A stretch of 64,000 bases of DNA from Diadema antillarum (lineage: Eukaryota). Location: positions 434,001-498,000 of the forward strand of contig NW_027271592.1 of NCBI RefSeq assembly GCF_040938485.1. The letters run 5' to 3'. The notes under the pieces were generated by a model, which had not been told where the DNA came from, made no database searches, and saw nothing but the letters and a program-made list of their open reading frames with translations. Position 1 is the first letter of the stretch. Each line of letters opens with the position of its first letter. This document shows positions 62,801 through 64,000 of the stretch, piece by piece. The translations under genes were made by a program, and so were the position numbers.

Positions 62801-62856
62801 GGGTGGAGCACTTCATTTCCCTGGTCCAGTCCATGACGGCCCAGGCGGCTACGTAG
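21841..62856 (+). CDS. REV3L: DNA polymerase zeta catalytic subunit, 32 coding exons, 3451 aa in my model
   Basis: Exons: 21841-21979, 22386-22572, 24013-24087, 24626-24707, 25123-25243, 27436-27642, 28388-28492, 29154-29247, 29910-30049, 31888-32007, 34261-34392, 36353-36542, 37369-37487, 38460-43185, 43684-44791, 45557-45685, 46472-46911, 47519-47634, 49413-49531, 50544-50662, 51484-51625, 52104-52348, 53381-53524, 55132-55201, 55868-55975, 56633-56742, 57343-57457, 58545-58682, 59221-59411, 59730-60033, 60413-60574, 62698-62856. Phases sum to 10,356 nt. Hallmarks: N-terminus [55 protein letters not shown], B-family motifs DFQSLYPS, KLIANVTYGYT and YGDTDS, and C-terminal CysA/CysB clusters. 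Confidence 0.96.
22151..22235. mobile_element. 85-bp piggyBac-like MITE, copy 1 of 8 (forward)
   Basis: ttca|cccgttgaggac ... atcctcaacggg|ttaa. Confidence 0.85.
22637..22721. mobile_element. 85-bp MITE copy 2 (reverse, right end decayed)
   Basis: ttaa|cccgttgaggac..catttctcatagac..gagtata..gtcttcaacacg. Confidence 0.75.
22905..23742. mobile_element. ~840-bp MITE in REV3L intron 2
   Basis: Ends gggccgaaagcataaa / tttatgcatccggccc, with repeated caagcaattgcttg internal palindromes. Confidence 0.65.
25262..26039. repeat. (CAT/CAC/CAG)n-based compound minisatellite in REV3L intron 5
   Basis: Trinucleotide runs punctuated by recurring agcaccctc..ataacaccatcagcagcagca. It runs into an N-gap and explains the poly-Met/Asp/Ile ORFs. 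Confidence 0.95.
26962..27318. mobile_element. TTAA-flanked AGG-ended (Kolobok-like) MITE, family shared with 54174-54533
   Basis: ttga|aggaattatttac ... gtaaacaatacct|ttaa. The interior (tagggatagaaacaaccaatgtgaa, tattttaggctttattgcaaaa) matches 54174-54533. Confidence 0.7.
28588..28646. repeat. (TA)n microsatellite
   Basis: Direct. Confidence 0.95.
29335..29543. mobile_element. Tc1/mariner-type MITE (209 bp)
   Basis: ta|ctgtaaaagtgga ... tccacttttacag|ta, perfect TIR. Confidence 0.85.
29733..29817. mobile_element. 85-bp MITE copy 3 (forward)
   Basis: ttaa|cccgttgaagac ... gtcctcaacggg|ttaa. Confidence 0.85.
30144..31470 (+). mobile_element. Helentron-associated (HINE/DINE-1-like) non-autonomous element, ~1.3 kb
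   Basis: T-run, subterminal IR atgcctccgcc (30150) with nearby partial IR ccggaggcat, (GTCC)n microsatellite, GGTCAA-rich core, 3' IR ggcggaggcat (31432), short hairpin gccg-tag-cggc, and terminal ctag followed by Ts. Confidence 0.75.
32330..34118. mobile_element. TTAA-flanked Kolobok-like non-autonomous element (1789 bp)
   Basis: ttaa|agggaagcagtcct ... aggactgtgtccct|ttaa. CpG-rich interior; no recognisable transposase ORF. Confidence 0.75.
34622..34706. mobile_element. 85-bp MITE copy 4 (reverse)
   Basis: ttaa|cccattgaggat ... gtcctcaaaggg|ttaa. Confidence 0.85.
36701..36890. mobile_element. MITE with CCTAAC/telomere-like core
   Basis: Imperfect IRs (ccagttaccccctggacaatta / taattgttctcagggggtaattgcc) around degenerate cctaaccct repeats. 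Confidence 0.6.
38190..38371. mobile_element. Tc1/mariner-type MITE
   Basis: ta|aagtgcactcc ... gaagtgcactg|ta. Confidence 0.6.
38460..43185 (+). CDS. REV3L: REV3L giant exon 14 (4726 nt), low-complexity middle region
   Basis: Acceptor ttttcag|A at 38460 is in frame with the 1545-aa ORF (38597-43234). Donor AAG|gtataa at 43185/6. Ends in KIWRPVAMPPTDSMVRSSLQEYGLPEVHHQCAYWGNPQD, alignable by eye to the end of the vertebrate REV3L large exon. Confidence 0.9.
43684..44791 (+). CDS. REV3L: REV3L exon 15 (1108 nt), Q/P-rich
   Basis: Phase-2 acceptor cacctcag|G joins the 401-aa ORF frame (REGPSQTHVQSMLPSTLQ..GLSHWQT..VWMPSRYPPPRDAVTNWM). Donor CAG|gtaaca. Confidence 0.85.
46267..46351. mobile_element. 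85-bp MITE copy 5 (forward)
   Basis: gtaa|cctgttgaggac ... gtcctcaacagg|ttca. Confidence 0.85.
47655..48064. mobile_element. TTAA-flanked palindromic Kolobok-like MITE (410 bp)
   Basis: ttaa|agggatagtgg ... taccatccct|ttaa, with a long internal inverted repeat (ggctgagatatccaaaac / gtttttggatatctcagcc). Confidence 0.8.
48069..48420. repeat. Two tandem copies of a ~170-bp unit
   Basis: cctcaatga.tgca...gtgtcatgtc.accc.caaactg.tgccgctattttctgat ... ccgcccagattggtccaacttt..tgatgttgca, starting at 48069 and 48243. Confidence 0.85.
48456..48689. mobile_element. Small inverted-repeat element
   Basis: Perfect IR ttgtattataaaatggg (48456-48472) / cccattttataatacaa (48673-48689). Confidence 0.6.
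50101..50172. mobile_element. 72-bp piggyBac-like MITE (second family)
   Basis: ttaa|ccctttc ... gaaaggg|ttaa. Confidence 0.6.
52263..52286 (+). other. REV3L: Family-B polymerase motif A, DFQSLYPS (REV3L exon 22)
   Basis: Direct translation. Confidence 0.95.
53618..54001. mobile_element. Kolobok-like palindromic MITE (same family as 47655)
   Basis: ttga|agggaatgtatagtactgg ... ccagaactgtacacaccct|ttaa, same internal palindrome. Confidence 0.8.
54174..54533. mobile_element. Kolobok-like MITE (same family as 26962)
   Basis: Interior homologous to 26962-27318; right end gtaaacaggacct|ttaa. Confidence 0.7.
56726..56742 (+). other. REV3L: Family-B polymerase motif C, YGDTD(S) (exon 26; the Ser codon is completed by exon 27)
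   Basis: Direct translation. Confidence 0.95.
56835..56880. repeat. (GATA)n microsatellite
   Basis: Direct. Confidence 0.95.
57781..57862. mobile_element. 85-bp MITE copy 6 (forward)
   Basis: ttaa|ccccttcaggac ... gtcaacagg|ttaa. Confidence 0.8.
60680..61444. mobile_element. piggyBac-like non-autonomous element (765 bp)
   Basis: ttaa|ccctaaaaagactggg ... cccagtctttttaggg|ttaa: perfect 16-bp TIR plus inner subterminal IR; CpG-rich near the ends. Confidence 0.9.
62253..62337. mobile_element. 85-bp MITE copy 7 (reverse)
   Basis: ttaa|cccattgaggac ... gtcctcaacagt|ttaa. Confidence 0.85.
62507..62592. mobile_element. 85-bp MITE copy 8 (forward, diverged)
   Basis: cccattgaagac..agtatact..gcagg..gggaaatgcatgttgtagcaaaatcag..agg|ttaa. 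Confidence 0.75.
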
Positions 62857-64000
62857 GCATCTTCACCATCACCATCATCCATGCCATCGTCATGGCAACA
62901 CAATCATCTCTAGTGTGCCAAATTCAGTTGAGTCCTCCAGTGTTTCTCCCCCTCCTTTCTTCTCTCTAACATCTCAAAGATTATTCCAAGTATTAGCGAG
63001 CTTTAGGTCTTAGGCGCAAATGCTAAGACGACGCCTCCTCCCGGGTTGGACAATGGAAACAACTGCCATGCGCAAGTGCAGAACACTAATTTTTTGTCTA
63101 ATAATGTCGCAGATTTAAGCTCGCTGTTTTTGTCACGTGCAGGACTCTTGCGGAAAAAGTGAAATCAGTGCAGAGTCTTTAAGATTGCTGTGATGCAAGT
63201 GGATGACAACCCAGCGTGTCAAGCATTTTTTTTCAACAGCTTCAGTGCTGTTTGTGCTCTTGAGCCTTGACAGTTTGAATTAGATGTCAGACATTCATAA
63301 TACAGAAATTTTAGCAACACAATGTACATTTTTGTATTGAAGAATTGCACAGTCGATGTAAAATTTTTTGTACAGGGTGGATCATGTGATTTTCATGTGG
63401 AAACTCAAGTGACATGAATCTTGTTTGATTTTTTTTAAAACTGTAAATAGTTTTTGTAATAACTGAGCACATTTGAATATAGTATGCTTGTGTAAAGAGT
63501 ATGTTTGTGTTTGCATTGATGGAGAGTTTTGATAATCCATGTGGGAACATATCAAAACATCACCATTGGCCCATAACAGTTTCAACCAGATTGAAAATGT
63601 TGAGGTACAAGAAGTGGTATCTTCTTTAAATACTCAAATCAGTGGTTCGCCTTTGTGCATTTGTGCAGGTGTTACGATGGATTTGTGTTTTCCATGTAAT
63701 GGTTTCAGTATTGCATAGGTTGAGATTAGTCAATTATGGTTGAATTTAATTACAGTGAAAAGGAGGCCATGGCTTTGCAGTAACAGTGAATAGTGTGAGA
63801 GATGGTAACTGCCTGAATTTGCTTTCTGGTTGAATTTGTGACCACGATAAAAGCAGTAAGTTGTCTTGCCTGACCAAATACTTAGTACTTTGCTTGCCAA
63901 TCAGACAGTGATGGGCTGCTTTCTTTCTTTTCTTTCCTGTTTTCATGTCTGAAAAAATTTCATGGCATTCATCAAAGTTTGGGGGTTTTTTTCCTCTCCC

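Larger units (their letters stand above)
60413..62856 (+). other. REV3L: C-terminal Cys clusters: CysA (CAGC..CESC, exon 31) and CysB (CSSC..CATMDC, exon 32)
   Basis: Direct translation. In B-family polymerases CysB ligates a [4Fe-4S] cluster (established knowledge). Confidence 0.9.

Noticed and set aside
62857-64000. REV3L polyadenylation signal or next gene
   Set aside because: No AATAAA or convincing exon seen; the CG-rich patch at about 63010-63170 is too weak to call.

Overview
Animal nuclear genomic DNA: spliced genes with GT-AG introns, microsatellites, many small transposon relics and five N-gaps. The REV3L and GST proteins and their intron positions resemble vertebrate ones, so an invertebrate deuterostome such as an echinoderm is my guess, but this is inference only. 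Left third (minus strand): two tandem paralogues of a six-coding-exon cytosolic glutathione S-transferase with an alpha-like exon layout. Copy A (1549-5778) lacks its last two exons within the window. Copy B (7864-13791) is complete but, as assembled, has a 1-bp frameshift and an AG>AA splice-acceptor change. Right two-thirds (plus strand): a complete REV3L gene (DNA polymerase zeta catalytic subunit). I traced it by hand as 32 frame-consistent coding exons from 21841 to 62856 (10,356 nt, 3451 aa), including a 4.7-kb exon and one GC-AG intron. Most short ORFs in the supplied track are intronic noise. I cannot demonstrate a wholly new multi-gene system. The best leads are: (i) a four-copy repeat module with CDK-type sites in the REV3L disordered region; (ii) an upstream ATG that can splice in frame onto REV3L; (iii) GSTs with non-canonical glutathione-site residues; (iv) eight copies of an 85-bp TTAA MITE confined to REV3L introns, two of which flank exon 2 in inverted orientation. 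All coordinates were read by eye and need computational confirmation.
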